DNA of 64,000 nucleotides, from positions 558,001-622,000 of the forward strand of contig OX597837.1 in assembly GCA_951406725.2 (NCBI GenBank). Reading direction: 5' to 3'. The first letter of the stretch is position 1, and each line of letters opens with the position of its first letter. This stretch comes from Octopus vulgaris. Its lineage: Eukaryota. A model generated the notes under the pieces. The model made no database searches, was not told the origin of the DNA, and saw only the letters and a program-made list of their open reading frames with translations. A program made the position numbers and the translations under genes. Positions 42,003-57,296 of this stretch are shown here, in pieces.

Positions 42003-44730
42003 ATGTGTTTTGGTATTGGCAACATGAATGACAATGGTCAGAGACTACTTGAATTTTTCACATACCATAACCTGTGCATTACTAACACATTCTTTGCCAA
42101 CAAGACATCCCACAAGGCATCTTGGAGACATCCAAGATCTCACCACTGTCATCACCTGGATCTCATCATTACACGAAGATCCTTTCTGAATTCTGTTCAA
42201 CTGACCCGTAGTTACCACAGCTTGGATTGTGACTCAGATCATTCACTAATAAGAAGCAGGGTGAGGATTCTGCCTAAAAAAGTCCATCACTCCAAGATAA
42301 TGGGCCGACCAAGCATTAACACTACCAGAACCTCGGACCCTGCACTGCGAAAATGTTTTGCTGTTTCTATCAAGGTTGCCCTCAGTAGCTGCCCAACCTC
42401 CTCTGCTGAAAGTAGGTGGAATTATATCGGGGAAGCTTTGTATACCACATCAATAGATACTTTCGGCATGAGAGAAAGGCAAAGCCCAGATTGGTTCAGT
42501 GCTGGGCACTCAGAGCTGGAAACAGTTATTGAAGCAAAACGTGCAAGCTCTGATGCAATACAAGAGGGATTCTTCTACAAAGTCACTCGAAGAACTCAGA
42601 AAGGCAAGAAATAAAACCCAACTGACTGCCAGACGCTGTGCAAATAGGTATTGGCAGGAAATCTGTCAGAGTATCCTGTCAGCTGCTGACAGTGGCGACA
42701 CCCGTGGGTTGTATGTCGGTTTGAAGAAAGCCTTCGGTGCATCCGCAACCAAGTCAGTCCCTCTGAAATCAACTACTGGAGATCTCATCAAGGACCAAAG
42801 CAAGCAAATGGATAGATGGGTGGAGTACTACCAGGATCTCTACTCACGGGAGACCACGGTAGCTGAAGCTGCAATCGAGGGTGTCAACATCTTGCCAGTC
42901 ATGTGCGAACTTGACAGTCTGCCATCTATAGCAGAGCTCAACTAGGCTATTGACTCCCTACCAAGTAACAAGGCTCCGGGAAAAGACAGCATCCCCTTAG
43001 AGATCATCAAAACCGGCAAAAACACCATCCTACTTCGGCACCTTCATGAGCTTCTGTGTCAGTGCTGGGAAGAGGGTACAGTACCTCAGGATATACGGGA
43101 TGCTAACATCATTACGCTTTACAAAAACAAAGGTGACCGTGGTGATTGTAACAATTACCATAGAATATCTCTTCTAAGCACTGTTGGAAATGCCTTTGCA
43201 CGCATTATCCGGTCCAGGTTGCAACTGCTTGCTTCTCGAATAAATCCAGAATCGCAGTGTGGTTTTAGAAGAGGCAGATCAACTATTGACATGATATTCT
43301 CCATACGCCAACTTCAGGAGAAGTCCAGAGAGCAGAAAACGCCATTATATATGGTCTTCCTTGATCTGACAAATGCCTTTGACTTGGTAAGTAGAAGAGG
43401 CCTCTTCATCCTGCTCCAAAAAATCGGATGTCCACCAAAGCTGCTGAGAATCATCAAATCTTTCCATGATGATATGCAAGGCACCATACAGCACAATGGT
43501 TCAACATCAGCCGCCTTCCAAATAAAAAATGGGGTAAAGCAAGGTTGCTTTACCCCATTGCTCCTACATTATTTGGCATCTTCTTCTCGCTGCTGCTGTC
43601 ACATGTCTTTGAGACATCAGATGATGGAGTGTTTCTGCACAGTAGAAATGATGGGAAACTGTTCAATCTCTCGCGTCTGCGTGCCAAGACCAAAATAAGA
43701 AGTGTCCTGATCAAGGAGATGCTATTTGCTGATGCTGCTGCTCTGGTATCACACACAGAAGAAGCCCTACAACTGTTTTGAGCAAGCATGTAACAACTTT
43801 GGCTTAGTTATCAGCCCCAAGAAGACCACCATCATTGGTCAGGCTACATCGGACATCCCAAACATACATATTGGAGACCACAGACTACAGGAGGTGGAGA
43901 AGTTTACCTACCTTGGCTCTACCGTCACCTATAACCTAACCTTTGATGCTGAGCTCAATATACGCATTGGCAAGGCAGCTGCTGTGATGGCCCAACTCTC
44001 CAAACGAGCATGGGACAACAATAAGCTGACCAAGACCACAAAAATGAAGATTTACCAGGTATGTGTACTTAGCACTCTAACGTTTGGAAGTGAGACTTGG
44101 ACGCCATACACACGCCAAGAGCGTCGCCTAAATATCTTTCACCTGCGCTGCCTCCGGAAAATCCGCATCAAATGGCAGAATCATGTCCCTAACAAAGATG
44201 TCCTCAAGCAAGCAGGAATACCAAGCATGTTTGCACTCCACACACAAAGACGTTTGAGATGGCTTGGACATGTTAGCCGTATGGAAGATGGCAGAATCCC
44301 CGAGGACATACGCAACAGAGAGCTTGCTAGGGGTACTAGGTCTGTGGGAAGACCGTTCTTACGATACAAGGATGTTTGCAAAAGGGACATGAATGCCTGC
44401 AACATCAATATTACCAACTGGGAAGCAGTTGCCAGCCACCGTGGGGATTGGCGACGCCCCGTAGAAGAGGGAACACAAAGGAGTGACAGAGGGAGAGAGG
44501 AGAAATGGAAAGACAAGAAAATATGTCAATAAGAAACTATGACATTACAACCAGCCAGGTAAAGTCTTCGCTACATTTGCGGCACCTGCCAGAGGGAGTG
44601 TTTGTCCAGGATAGGACTACACAGCCACAGCAGGAGATGTATTTGGACATGAAATGTAAAAACCGGACTAGATTATTTTATGTGCAACTCCATTGTCGCC
44701 CGAGACAAAAAAGATGCCAACAACATCAAT
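42003..44730 (+). mobile_element. 5'-truncated RTE-clade LINE (end of the APE domain plus RT), frameshifted
   Basis: [99 protein letters not shown]; 3' stem-loop and (caa) tail. Confidence 0.95.
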
Positions 44731-45013
44731 ATATGTGGATTTCGTAGACAGGAACTTAAACAAATCAATCGTATATATATGTATGTATATATGTAAGCCT
44801 ATGTGTGTGTCTTTGTGTTTCTCCCTAATCATTGCTTCACAACTGCAGTTCATTTATTTACATCCACATAACTTACTGGTTTCACAAGAACAAACTAATA
44901 GAATAAGTACCAGGCTTATCAACATAAAAAAGCACTAGGCTGTGTCTCATATTTTTATTTTCCCACTCAGTTGTATCTATCAATTTATCTTTGTATATGT
45001 GTGTGTATATCTA

Positions 45014-45128
<115 letters not shown>

Positions 45129-46266
45129 AACACCCTAATGGGAGCCTTAACTCGCAAATTTTAGTCATTTCTTTTATGATCCAAGGCTAGGTCAAAAGTA
45201 CTGAGTGGATCTTTATGAAATTTGGAAATTATATTCTATGCATAAGGGCCATAACCCCCATGCCAATTTCATATATTTTGGCTGTTGATGAAATTTTAAC
45301 CATAGATATTAGACACAAATGAAGTAAAATTTATAAAATTTCATCTTCTTACAAGTTAGAAAGACCCCTCCATGGGGATTTAATACCCACAATTTTGTCA
45401 TTTTATCTAAGCAAAAACGAAAACAGTTGTGCTCTTGGAAGCTGTAGAATTACCCGAGCATAAAAGTTGAGCATTATTTATAACAGATATTACAACAGCG
45501 TAACAGTTTGCTTTGACATACACTTACATTGTGATTTTGCCTCCACTGATTCAGTTGGAAAGTGTTGAGTAAAGTTATTTGATTGCAGACCTCCTTTCAG
45601 TCTTTTTATTATCACTGGGTCACACATAGTCCCCAGATGGTAACATTGATTTCAAGGCCTTCCCAGATGTTGATTTCAGTTGGGTCACGCCCTTCCAATT
45701 GCTATAGATTCATAATGCATCTTACGGCTGTGCCTGTCACCTGGATGATGAGGAATCCTACATTGGGAGTGGTAACGACTAGGGTAGGATAACTGACTGC
45801 TTATTGTGATCATTCGTCTTTTGGTTCCATGTAGCTTTGCTCTCTTTTACAAACCCAGTGAACACATATTTCCTATTTCAAAGAAATTCAAATAATATAT
45901 ATAAGACCCAAGTTAAAAAGATTCTCAACAATTCAACTCTGGTTGACATTAAGATGCCCACCCCCAAAAAGGGCCTTAACTCTCACATTTTAGAGCTCCA
46001 TGACCTTCATCTTTCAGAAGCAAAATCTTTTTAACAGGTCCAATAAGACTGGAATTTTGGAATATGCGCATAAAAGTCAGTAGTATGGGATACATGTGTC
46101 ACGATTACAATTTTTTTAGGCTGTGTAAAGAGGGAAAAAAACAACCCTCATTTGTAATTTTGATGAAATTCGAAACATAAATATTCCAGTTCATTACAGA
46201 AAATATGGCAGAAAAGTATAATTCTTCAATTGAATGTAACCGGGCAATGCCGGGTATCCCTGCTAG

Positions 46267-46464
46267 TCGGCGATAAAGGAGGACCTCTGCGAACTCTCAG
46301 GTCCGTAGGTGGTCGCAGATGAAACCGCGAATGGCTCGTTATCTCCAGTGACCTCGCACAGGACCGTTGAGCGTGGGCCGCTATGGTTCGTGATGCCGTT
46401 AGGACCAGAGAAGAAGCCGGCTCAACCCGCCCTGGGTGAACGCCGTCACAAGTACAAGTAAGTA
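46267..46464 (+). mobile_element. RTE-type LINE 3' end, second half
   Basis: SAIKEDLCELSGP..EWLVISSDLAQDR*AWAAMVRDAV..AGSTRPG* followed by a caagtacaagta tail. Confidence 0.8.
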
Positions 46465-46795
46465 TACGAAACACTACACGGTCAACGTACACCCACCGAC
46501 CACCTAAATCCAGCTACGCAGTGACACATGCAATTTTCTCCACTCCGAAAAAAAAACGCACCGAGGAATTAAAAAAAGCAAGAGTCCGAAAGAGAGTCTG
46601 GTATTAATTAGCTTTGTCGTCCCCAAAAGTGCTGAGATCTTTCACTAGCGCAGGCATGCAACGACATGTATGGCACGTTTGGAGTATTTGAATATATAGC
46701 GAATGCTCTAAAGCTGTTTTGTGATGTTTATATATATATATATATATATCAAATTTCTAAATATCTCAAAGAGACATGAGCGGTGGTGCAGCGAT

Positions 46796-47057
46796 AGAGT
46801 GGTTGTATATTGTCAACTTAACGTGACAGTCTCGTAAAGGGAAACACATCACCGCTATTTAGCCCTAGGAAGCATCGACGCTTCCTGTCGGTTTTGAAAG
46901 TGCAGGCCCTAGATGGTGGAGGTGCTTCTCTCCCCTCCGCAAATATAAGGACAAAGGAAATGTGTCAGGAAGCGTCGATGCTTCCTAGGGCTAAATAACG
47001 GTGTGGTGTTTCCCTTTACGGGACTGTCACGTTAAGTTGACAGTATACAACCACTCT
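46796..47057. repeat. Foldback element with internal hairpins
   Basis: Arms at about 46796-46887 and 46965-47057 with a spacer of about 77 nt. Confidence 0.85.
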
Positions 47058-47706
47058 CTCTCTCGCTCTCTCTCTCTCCCCCTCTCTCCTCTCTCTATAT
47101 ATATATATAGACACACACACATACACACACACACATATATACATACAAAACATACGTAAGTATATAATAGAGGTATACACGTGTGTATATATATATAAAT
47201 ATACATGTGTATTTATATATGTGTGCTGGAGTGCGTGTGAGTGTGTGTGAGCTGTATAAATATCTGTATGTGTGTGTATATATATATACACGTGTATGTA
47301 CGTATGTAATGTATGTACATATATATATATACGTGCATGTATGCATGGATAACTATACATACATATGGAGGGTATATAGGCTCGTGCAAATGTATGGAAC
47401 TGATGCCAACGCTATAATTATCTCAAGTTTAATAAAACAACAAAATATATTCCATTAAAATAAAGCAAAATACAGCAAACGAAAATGAAATAATTCACGC
47501 TATAATTTCCTTTCTTATCATCCAAGTCCTCTTGTTGACATTCATGTAATTTTACTGAACACCTCGATACTATGTCGACACTATGCTAGCAGCAACATAC
47601 TGAAACAACAGCCATTTATTCAATAACACAAAAACCAGTTTCGGAGAAGAAGCCTTTTCTACCGTCACCATTCTGAACGTGTATTTGTGTATATATAAGT
47701 TTTCGC

Positions 47707-47767
<61 letters not shown>

Positions 47768-48373
47768 GCATATTATGTGTGTGTGCGTGAGTTTAAGAGG
47801 TATGTTGAAGTATAATACGTTTCATTGTTAATAATAATAAGACTAGTTTATTCAAAGTATTGTTTCCTCTTGTTTGCTAAGACGGTGGAATGTTATTTAC
47901 ACGCCTCAAGTCGCCACTTGAAACATTCTCCCAACAATGATTATTTTCAAAATTTTACCTAATCTTCCTCAATCTTCACTCTTCCCATTCACACCGAAAC
48001 TGAAACGTTTTCGCAGAAAATTAGACATATTCTTCACAAACTCTTAGTGGACCTACTCTCTCTTCTTGCACTCCCTTATATATATATATATATATATACA
48101 CCTACACATATGTATATGTGTGTGTTGTGAACGTGTATATATATGTATATATATATGTATGTATATATGTATTTATATGTGTATATATGTATATATATAT
48201 ATGTATATATATATGTGTATATATGTATATATATATATGTGTGTATATATATATATATGTGTATATATATGTATATATATATATATGTGTGTATATATAT
48301 GTATATATATATATGTGTGTGTATATATATGTATATATATATATGTATATATATATGTATATATATATGTATG

Positions 48374-48404
<31 letters not shown>

Positions 48405-48494
48405 GTATATATATATATGTATGTATATATGTATGTATGTATATATGTATGTATGTATATATGTATGTATGTATATATGTATGTATGTATATAT

Positions 48495-48550
<56 letters not shown>

Positions 48551-48859
48551 GTATATATATATATGTATGTATATATATATATGTATGTATATATATATGT
48601 ATGTATATATATATGTATATGTATATATGTATATGTATATGTATATATGTATATGTATATATATATGTATATATATATATGTATATGTGTATATATATAT
48701 ATGTGTGTGTGTACATATATGTGTGTGTATATATATATGTATGTATATATATGTATATGTATGTATGTATATATGCATGTATGTATATATATGTATGCAT
48801 ATGTATATATATGTATATATATATATGTATATATATATATATGTATATATATATATGTG

Positions 48860-48891
<32 letters not shown>

Positions 48892-49330
48892 TGTGTGTAT
48901 ATATATATATGTGTGTGTATATATATATGTATATATAGATGTGTGCGTGTGTATATGATTTGTATTGATATGCGAATGTTTGTATAAGTTCTATACACAG
49001 AGATGTGTACAAGATATATATATATGTTTGTGTGTGTGTGTACGTATGCATGTATGCGAAAATAGACACCCACACCCACGTATATGTATGTAAAGCGTAA
49101 GAGACCGAGGGAGAGTGAGAAGGTGCGTGCAATCGGTGCAATCTTTAGGCGATAGTAATAAAATCCGTTATTTATACAAAGTGTCTCTAAGCGTCGTTGT
49201 CTATAATAAAATACTTAATCATCCTCAATTGTGATGCGATGTAAACAGTCTCTGTTTCAAATCACACAAGCGGAATAAAATTTCTTGTTATTGCAGTTGT
49301 ACCATCTCGAAGTAGAATTTCCTTATATAG

Positions 49331-49362
<32 letters not shown>

Positions 49363-49364
49363 AC

Positions 49365-49419
<55 letters not shown>

Positions 49420-49463
49420 TGACAGAATGGAGTCGAACGACGATTTTAACAAAATTCCTTTAT

Positions 49464-49543
49464 TCTCGACATATGTTTCAAAGACTGCATATTCTTAATT
49501 CCGAAGGAATAAAGGCTGCATTATGCACCTTCTCATCAGGAAA
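49464..49543 (-). ncRNA. Hammerhead ribozyme with extended stem II in an insert of about 140 bp within (TA)n
   Basis: tttc-CTGATGA-gaaggtgcata...tatgcagtcttt-GAAA-catatg-TC-gaga; palindromic ACATATGT stem III, GUC site. Confidence 0.75.
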
Positions 49544-49554
49544 GACAAGGAACC

Positions 49555-49601
<47 letters not shown>

Positions 49602-49642
49602 GGTTAACCGAATTGTCCATACTAGGATAATTCATTCACCTA

Positions 49643-49702
<60 letters not shown>

Positions 49703-49719
49703 CTATATGTAAAAAGCAA

Positions 49720-49760
<41 letters not shown>

Positions 49761-49761
49761 A

Positions 49762-49915
49762 CGGGCTTCTTTCAGTTTCCGTCTACCAAATCCACTCACA
49801 AGGCTTTGGTCGGCCCGAGGCTATAGTAGAAGACACTTGCCCAACATGCCACGCAGTGGGACTGAACCCGTAACCATGTGGTTGGTAAACAAGCTACTTA
49901 CCACACACCCACTCC
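49762..49915 (-). mobile_element. tRNA-derived SINE 5' half
   Basis: Reverse complement of the 17644-17808 family. Confidence 0.85.
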
Positions 49916-50058
49916 TGTACCTTATTTTTTACATAGTCACGGGTTGAAAGCGAGGGAATGAAAAAAAAAAAAAATTTTAAGTATAGCCATAGATCAATTT
50001 CTTGTTTACTGGTGTAATACCACTTTACCGACCTCAGTATGATATAACCGAAATTAAA

Positions 50059-50142
<84 letters not shown>

Positions 50143-50144
<2 letters not shown>

Positions 50145-50915
50145 CTTCAATCTTATTCCGTCCGTTTAATTTTGACTTAAGGATCAGTCTCAGTCTGTGC
50201 AAGTACTCCAGCTTAAATTTCAACGCATCAGAAAATGATTAGTGTAGAATTTGTGGACAACATGGTGAAAGCGTATGTCATATTACTTGTCAATGTATGC
50301 CACTATATAGAATATAAGAGACGTCATGACAATATAGCAAGGATTGTCTCTTTGCAACAAGTATGGACTTAACAGAGCAAAAACGTAGCACGAACATACA
50401 CCCGAAGGCGTCATCGAAAATGATAATGCAAAGATCTTGTGGGAGTTTATGATTCAGTGCGACCATGAGATAGAGAATAAGAATCCAGAAATATTGTGAA
50501 TTGAGAAAGAAAGCAAACGATGCTGGATCATAGCCATAGCATGCCCAGCTGACAAAAAGGTATGCAATAAGGAAGAAAGAAAAGTCGATAGATATGACAG
50601 GTTAGCTTGGGAAGTAATGCAGTTGTAGTTGATGAAAAATTTGGTAGTAGTACCAATAATTGTCGGAGCCCCGGGAACATTGAGTAGTACATGGAACAAA
50701 TAGGGGCTGCAATAAAGGTGGAGCACTTGCAGAAAACAGCACTGCTTGGAACCGGTCGAATACTCCGGATGGTGCTCGAAAAATAAGAGGTGTTACCTTT
50801 GTTCACTGGTAGGGAACAGCTGACACCGTAGTACATCTCCAGCGTTAGAAGTTGTGCAAAGACAATAAATAATAATGATGATGATGATGATAGTGATAAT
50901 GATAATAATAATGCT
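50143..50915 (+). mobile_element. Dong/R4-type LINE 3' fragment with an inverted 5' segment
   Basis: Plus strand: CRICGQHGESVCHITCQC (CCHC), [40 protein letters not shown] and an (aat)n tail; 50143-50221 on minus reads EYLHRLRLILKSKLNGRNKIEAI. Confidence 0.85.
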
Positions 50916-50987
50916 GATAATATATTTTTCAATTGTTTATGTGCAAACGTATACTTGTCTGTGATTGCGTACATGTGTGTGTATATA

Positions 50988-52338
<1,351 letters not shown>

Positions 52339-52460
52339 GTGTTTGTATGTCTATGCCTGTGTGTCTGTGTGTACATGTACCTAAACGTGTATATATATGT
52401 TCATACATATCTACGTACATATACGCACATGTATATACTATAGTGTATATATATACTATA

Positions 52461-52507
<47 letters not shown>

Positions 52508-52939
52508 ATATGTATTATATGCATAAATGTGTTTGTGTGTGTGTGTGTGTGTGTGTAAATACACCTGTTTGTGTGTGCGTATCTGTACATTTCGAAATGT
52601 ATAAATTCTAAACCATTTCCTCCCCCGCCATAAATCATTCCATCTCAGACGTCTTCCATCACAGAAGCAGAAACTCTCTGTGGAACAACTCTTTTATCAT
52701 TTCGTTCTTTGGTTAAGAAATGCTTACTTTCGGTTTTCCTTCTCCAAGACAACGATAATTATAATTATCTCTTGTTGAAATTTCATTTTTACACCTCCTC
52801 TTCCTATTACTCCCCACACTTCTACAATGGCAACCAAAACATCATCTACGAATCGGTGATAACTCTTCGTACGTCAGACACCGCCATTGTCACTAACACG
52901 AAGAATATCGACATCGCTAATGTATGGTCTACTATGGCC

Positions 52940-53686
52940 ACTAGTTGTACAGTGACCAGCATCACCATCGTCACCACAACCACCAATACCACCGTCAATA
53001 CAAACACCAACGACATCACCATCACTATCAATACCACCAACACCTCCAGCATCACCAGAATTACCACGAAACCAAAATTATTACCACCAGAACTGCAGCC
53101 ATTACCTCTATAACCGCCCCAGAACTCGTCAGAATTTCCAACCACCACCGCCACCACTGCAACCACCACCACCACCACCACCACCACCACCACCACTACC
53201 ACCACCGCCACCACTGCCACCACCACCACCACAACCACCACCACCACCACCACCACTACAACCATCAACGCCGCCGCCGCTGCCGCCACCACCACCACCA
53301 CAACCATTACTACAATCTTCATTGTAGTCCTCCATCGCTCTCACACCATCCAATCGCAAACCGCAACGCTTTACAACGAATGTTTTTCCTTCCATTCCTG
53401 CCACTTCTCCTTCCCCTGCCACCGCCAGAAGCAACAACAACAACAACAACGATGACAACAACAACAACAACAACAACAACAAGCGCTATCCTATTACATG
53501 ATAATTAAATATTTATCTTGAGTGAAATTATCAGCAATATTAGCCACATCGTTTTCGCGCTCTTCTAATAAATCTTTAACTTCTCAGCTTTATCTTGTGT
53601 TTTTTTTTATTTTGGTTTTATCTTCATTTGTGTCTGTCTACAAAAAGAATAGGCAAAAACAGAAACAATTACCCCGTTTATCACTG

Positions 53687-53745
<59 letters not shown>

Positions 53746-53760
53746 GCTGCTGCTGCGGCT
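52940..53760. repeat. Degenerate trinucleotide repeats (CAC/CAA/CTA)
   Basis: Read directly; similar tracts at 13430-13800 and 58990-60330. Confidence 0.9.
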
Positions 53761-54739
53761 ATGTCTTCAGTAGTTTCGTGCCTGTTTCCATTCCGTCACC
53801 AATTTGTCCGCCGTATACAAAAGGCACCTATGTTCATCAATATAATGTTTTGTGTGTGGAACTGTTTGTATGAACAAATCCTAACGCTAACCCTTACCCT
53901 AACCCAGATCCAATAATTTCAATGTGTAGAGTAACAGATATTGCGGTAGATTGCACGCCAAATTAGCTTCGAAATAAATAGAACCACTCCCAGAAGAAAA
54001 AGGAAACCCTGTTTGAAAATTAAAAGAAATTTCTTTATTGGTCTGAGTGGGAAAGACATCACATTAAACTTCAGTGGCATTGGTTTATGGCAGCAACTTA
54101 CCTCAAAAGAACTGTTCGGATTACAATACTGATGAAGAAATCTCTTTAAAATACTGCGATGCATGGCAAATCGTCAAAGTTTATGTATATTAAAATGTTA
54201 GGTAAGCCTTAAGAATTTATAAAGACTAAAAGCAAACAGAATGATTAAATAGAGATGCTGTTGCCGGAAGAAAGTTGAAACGCTGTGGTTAATTTCGAAA
54301 ATTTCGAATTGTTTCATTAGCATTATGAGGCAAACACAAAAATTAAACAGAATGATTCCAACTTGTGTTGAATGATTTAGAAAGAAAATCTTACAAAGCG
54401 GAGCGAATTTAACAATTTCAAATGCTGAAGTGCGATTCACAAAGGAAAGTGTTGCGTCATATGTAGATATTAATTGTTTTTTTATACTTGGAAACAAAAG
54501 TGGTTCATTTTAGAAGATATATAATTCTACTTGTTGCATGTCATGCTTTTTTGCCTGAAGAATTTCTCAGTTAAAAATTCCACCCTCTTCAAAATCCTTA
54601 GAAACCAGAAACTGTACAGTATTTGCAATGGATTTTTAGTCAAATGAAGCGACTTCAATTCTTATTTTTTAAAATCTGGTACTTATTCTATCGTTCTCTA
54701 TGTGCCGGATAGCCAAGTTAGATACACACACGATATATA

Positions 54740-54900
54740 TAGGCTTCTTTCAGTTTCCGCCTGCCAAATCTACTCAAAAAGCAATGCTCAACCCAGAGTT
54801 ATGGTAGAAGATACTTGTCTAAGGTGTCATGCAATGGGACCGAACCCAAGACCTCATAGTTGGTAAAGAAACGTCCTAACCACCCTGCCTCGCCTGCACC
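54740..54900 (-). mobile_element. Diverged tRNA-derived SINE
   Basis: Similar to the 49762 copy. Confidence 0.75.
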
Positions 54901-55407
54901 TACACCAATGTTAATATATGATCACTACGCTACTACAGCCACTACTATCATTTCTACTGCCACTGATACGAATTCTATTCTTCTCCATGCAGATTGTATC
55001 AACCTGTCTTGCTTCTGTGGTCATAGACTGATGCACTCTTTTCTTTGAGGTCATGCCTGACTTGCTGTTCTATAAAATACCAAGCGAATCCCCTTTTGAA
55101 AGAAAGAGGAAAAAGATGTGTGAATTACAACCAAATACTGTCAAATGAGCAACAACTAACACCAAGCAACCTCATCAACTGACCTATAAAGATAAACATA
55201 TATTTCTAACCTCCAAACCTTAATATGTTGAATAATAATCTTTCCTTAAACCAGATGCAGTGAAACCGTGTCAGTGACCAGGTCACAGTTGGAGCGGCGA
55301 AACATTTGACACCAAATAATAATATTTGTTTAAGGAAAATTAAAGCTTTTTGTGTTTTGAATGACTAACATGTGTCCTCTTCCATGCTGTAATTGTTTTA
55401 TCGCGAG

Positions 55408-56380
55408 AAGGCGTGTTGCCTAGTGGTTAGGGGTGTTGCATTAATGATCGTGAGATAGTGGGTTCAGTTCTCGGAGCAGGTGATGCATTGTGTTTTGAGA
55501 AAAACATTTTATCTCACACTGCGCAGCGATCACTTCAACATGCAGCGTGGGATCTTTTCATTTTGACCGGCGGATTTAAAAAAATAATTTCTTTGTAACT
55601 AAACAATTTTAAACTTCGTATATTGGTAGAATGTGTTACATAAAACATTTTTCTCTTGGCTTTCTTGAGAAAATTCTGTAGTTTGTAAGCTATTTGTTAA
55701 ATTTCTTGCATTTCGGCAATTTCAACCAATCAATGACGTTTATTGAGGTGAATACAATTTCTGCTGTTGTTTGTCAACAAGTTCAACAAGAACTTCCGGC
55801 GGTGTAGCTGTTACTTATAAACCCATGTGGGTTTATTTACATTTCTGAAGAAAAAAGAAACCCTTCCCCCATCCCTAACCTAAACCCAAACCCTAACCCC
55901 ACTATCTTTTATTCATACGAACGTGACTGATATGAAATATGTCATAAATAACAGTGACAAACTAAATAGAGACCGCAGGAAGTTATTGTTGACAAACAGC
56001 AGCAGGAATTGTATTCACCTCAATAGACGTCATTGATTGGTTGAAATTGCCGAAATGCAAGAAATTTAACAACAAATAGCTTACAAACTACAGAATTTTC
56101 TCAAGAAAGTCAAGAGAAAAAGATGTTTTATGTAACACATTCTACCAGTATACGAAGTTTAAAAGTGTTTAATTACCAAGAAATTATTTTTAAATCTGAC
56201 GGTCAAAGTGAAAAAACACGCAGCGTGTGGCACACTGTGCCTTTGGATTGGTAATGTCGATTTGATGGAAGAAGGCAGCTAATGTGAAGCAGAAACATTT
56301 CATCGCCATAAACAAGTCATCTGCTGTACAGGTTGTTCACCAAGAAATTGCAGAAACATCTTCCTCAGACTACGAAAGAC
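55408..56380 (+). mobile_element. SINE (23112 family) interrupted by a MITE
   Basis: tRNA-like head at 55408-55549; sequence resumes at 56228. Confidence 0.6.
55550..56219. mobile_element. MITE with TIRs of about 250 bp, an 8-bp TSD and internal CCCTAA-like repeats
   Basis: Inverted arms at 55550-55804 and 55971-56219; gcagcgtg is duplicated at 55542-55549 and 56220-56227. Confidence 0.85.
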
Positions 56381-56687
56381 TACCATTAATTGTTTTAGAA
56401 TCAAAATACGGTCTCAGACGAAATTACTAAATTGGTAAGTACTTCTCCGAAATCTAATCTTCATTATTAGACTTAACAATAAGCGAGAAAATTATATTTC
56501 ACACAAATACAAGCAGAAAATCCTGGAACACCTGCCATTATTAGAATTTCTCATTAAGAAATATCATCAAACAGTCAGTACGCAGTTTCGAATACACTGA
56601 AGATAGAAAATAATTTTTTTCGCCCGTATTGTCTTTGGTTTATTTTTTCATTTATGTTAAATTGTTCAGACATCTAAGACATACATA

Positions 56688-56882
56688 TGAAGTAATCCTT
56701 CGACTATCGTGGGTGTCACGTTCCAAAACACCCCGCGATGGGTGGAAATCCGCGAAGTATTTTTTTAATTATTTTTATGATTTGTATATATTTATTCTAT
56801 TATAAATGCAAAGCAACACCACGGAGGAATCGACGTAAGCTTAAATAATAAACTACGATAGGTGAACCGCGCACCGAGATTA
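56688..56882. mobile_element. Tigger/pogo-like MITE remnant
   Basis: agtaatccttcgactatcgtgggtgtcacgttcc..ccccgcgatgggtggaaatccgcgaagta and a second cgataggtgaaccgcg motif, resembling Tigger-type ends. Confidence 0.5.
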
Positions 56883-57246
56883 ATGTGCTAAATCTATGAA
56901 TATATATTGCTATTTTAGAAAACTGGAACGTATTTAAACATAAAAGTGAACAATCTGATTTATAGAACACAAAAGCAGAATATTTTAATTATATAAAGAA
57001 ATTTAAATGTGAAACAACGACCGAAAACAAATATTTCCTATTTTCCGTAATATTTGAAACTGTGTGCTAACGTTTCGGAGGTGCGACTTCAATGGAGAAT
57101 TTTAATAACAAAATCTTTCCAACAATATTACACACACGCAAATACACGCGCACACACTCGTAACTTCGTATGTATGTGTGCATGCAGATTTGTTTGTTCT
57201 GTTTTATGTATATATTCTCATACATATAGTTGCATATCTAGACACG

Positions 57247-57294
<48 letters not shown>

Positions 57295-57296
57295 CG

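Noticed and set aside
46810-46860. gtgacagtc(t/c)cgtaaagggaaac as a variant hammerhead or twister
   Set aside because: Core spacing and the UH site do not fit, and no twister pseudoknot pairings were found
52709-53873. Poly-His, poly-Thr, poly-Val and poly-Gly ORFs (also 13555 and 58872-60100)
   Set aside because: Degenerate trinucleotide repeats open in several frames on both strands, with no domain or splice evidence
53878-53911. CCCTAA-like repeats as a telomere or fusion site
   Set aside because: Only a few degenerate units, and similar units occur inside the MITE at about 55870
54125-54165. CTGATGA motif as a possible hammerhead
   Set aside because: No correctly placed GAAA after a stem II and no stem I pairing
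53920-54600. Possible host exon in unique-looking sequence (also 25540-26000)
   Set aside because: Short frames with stops and no recognisable protein similarity by eye; small exons cannot be excluded without RNA-seq
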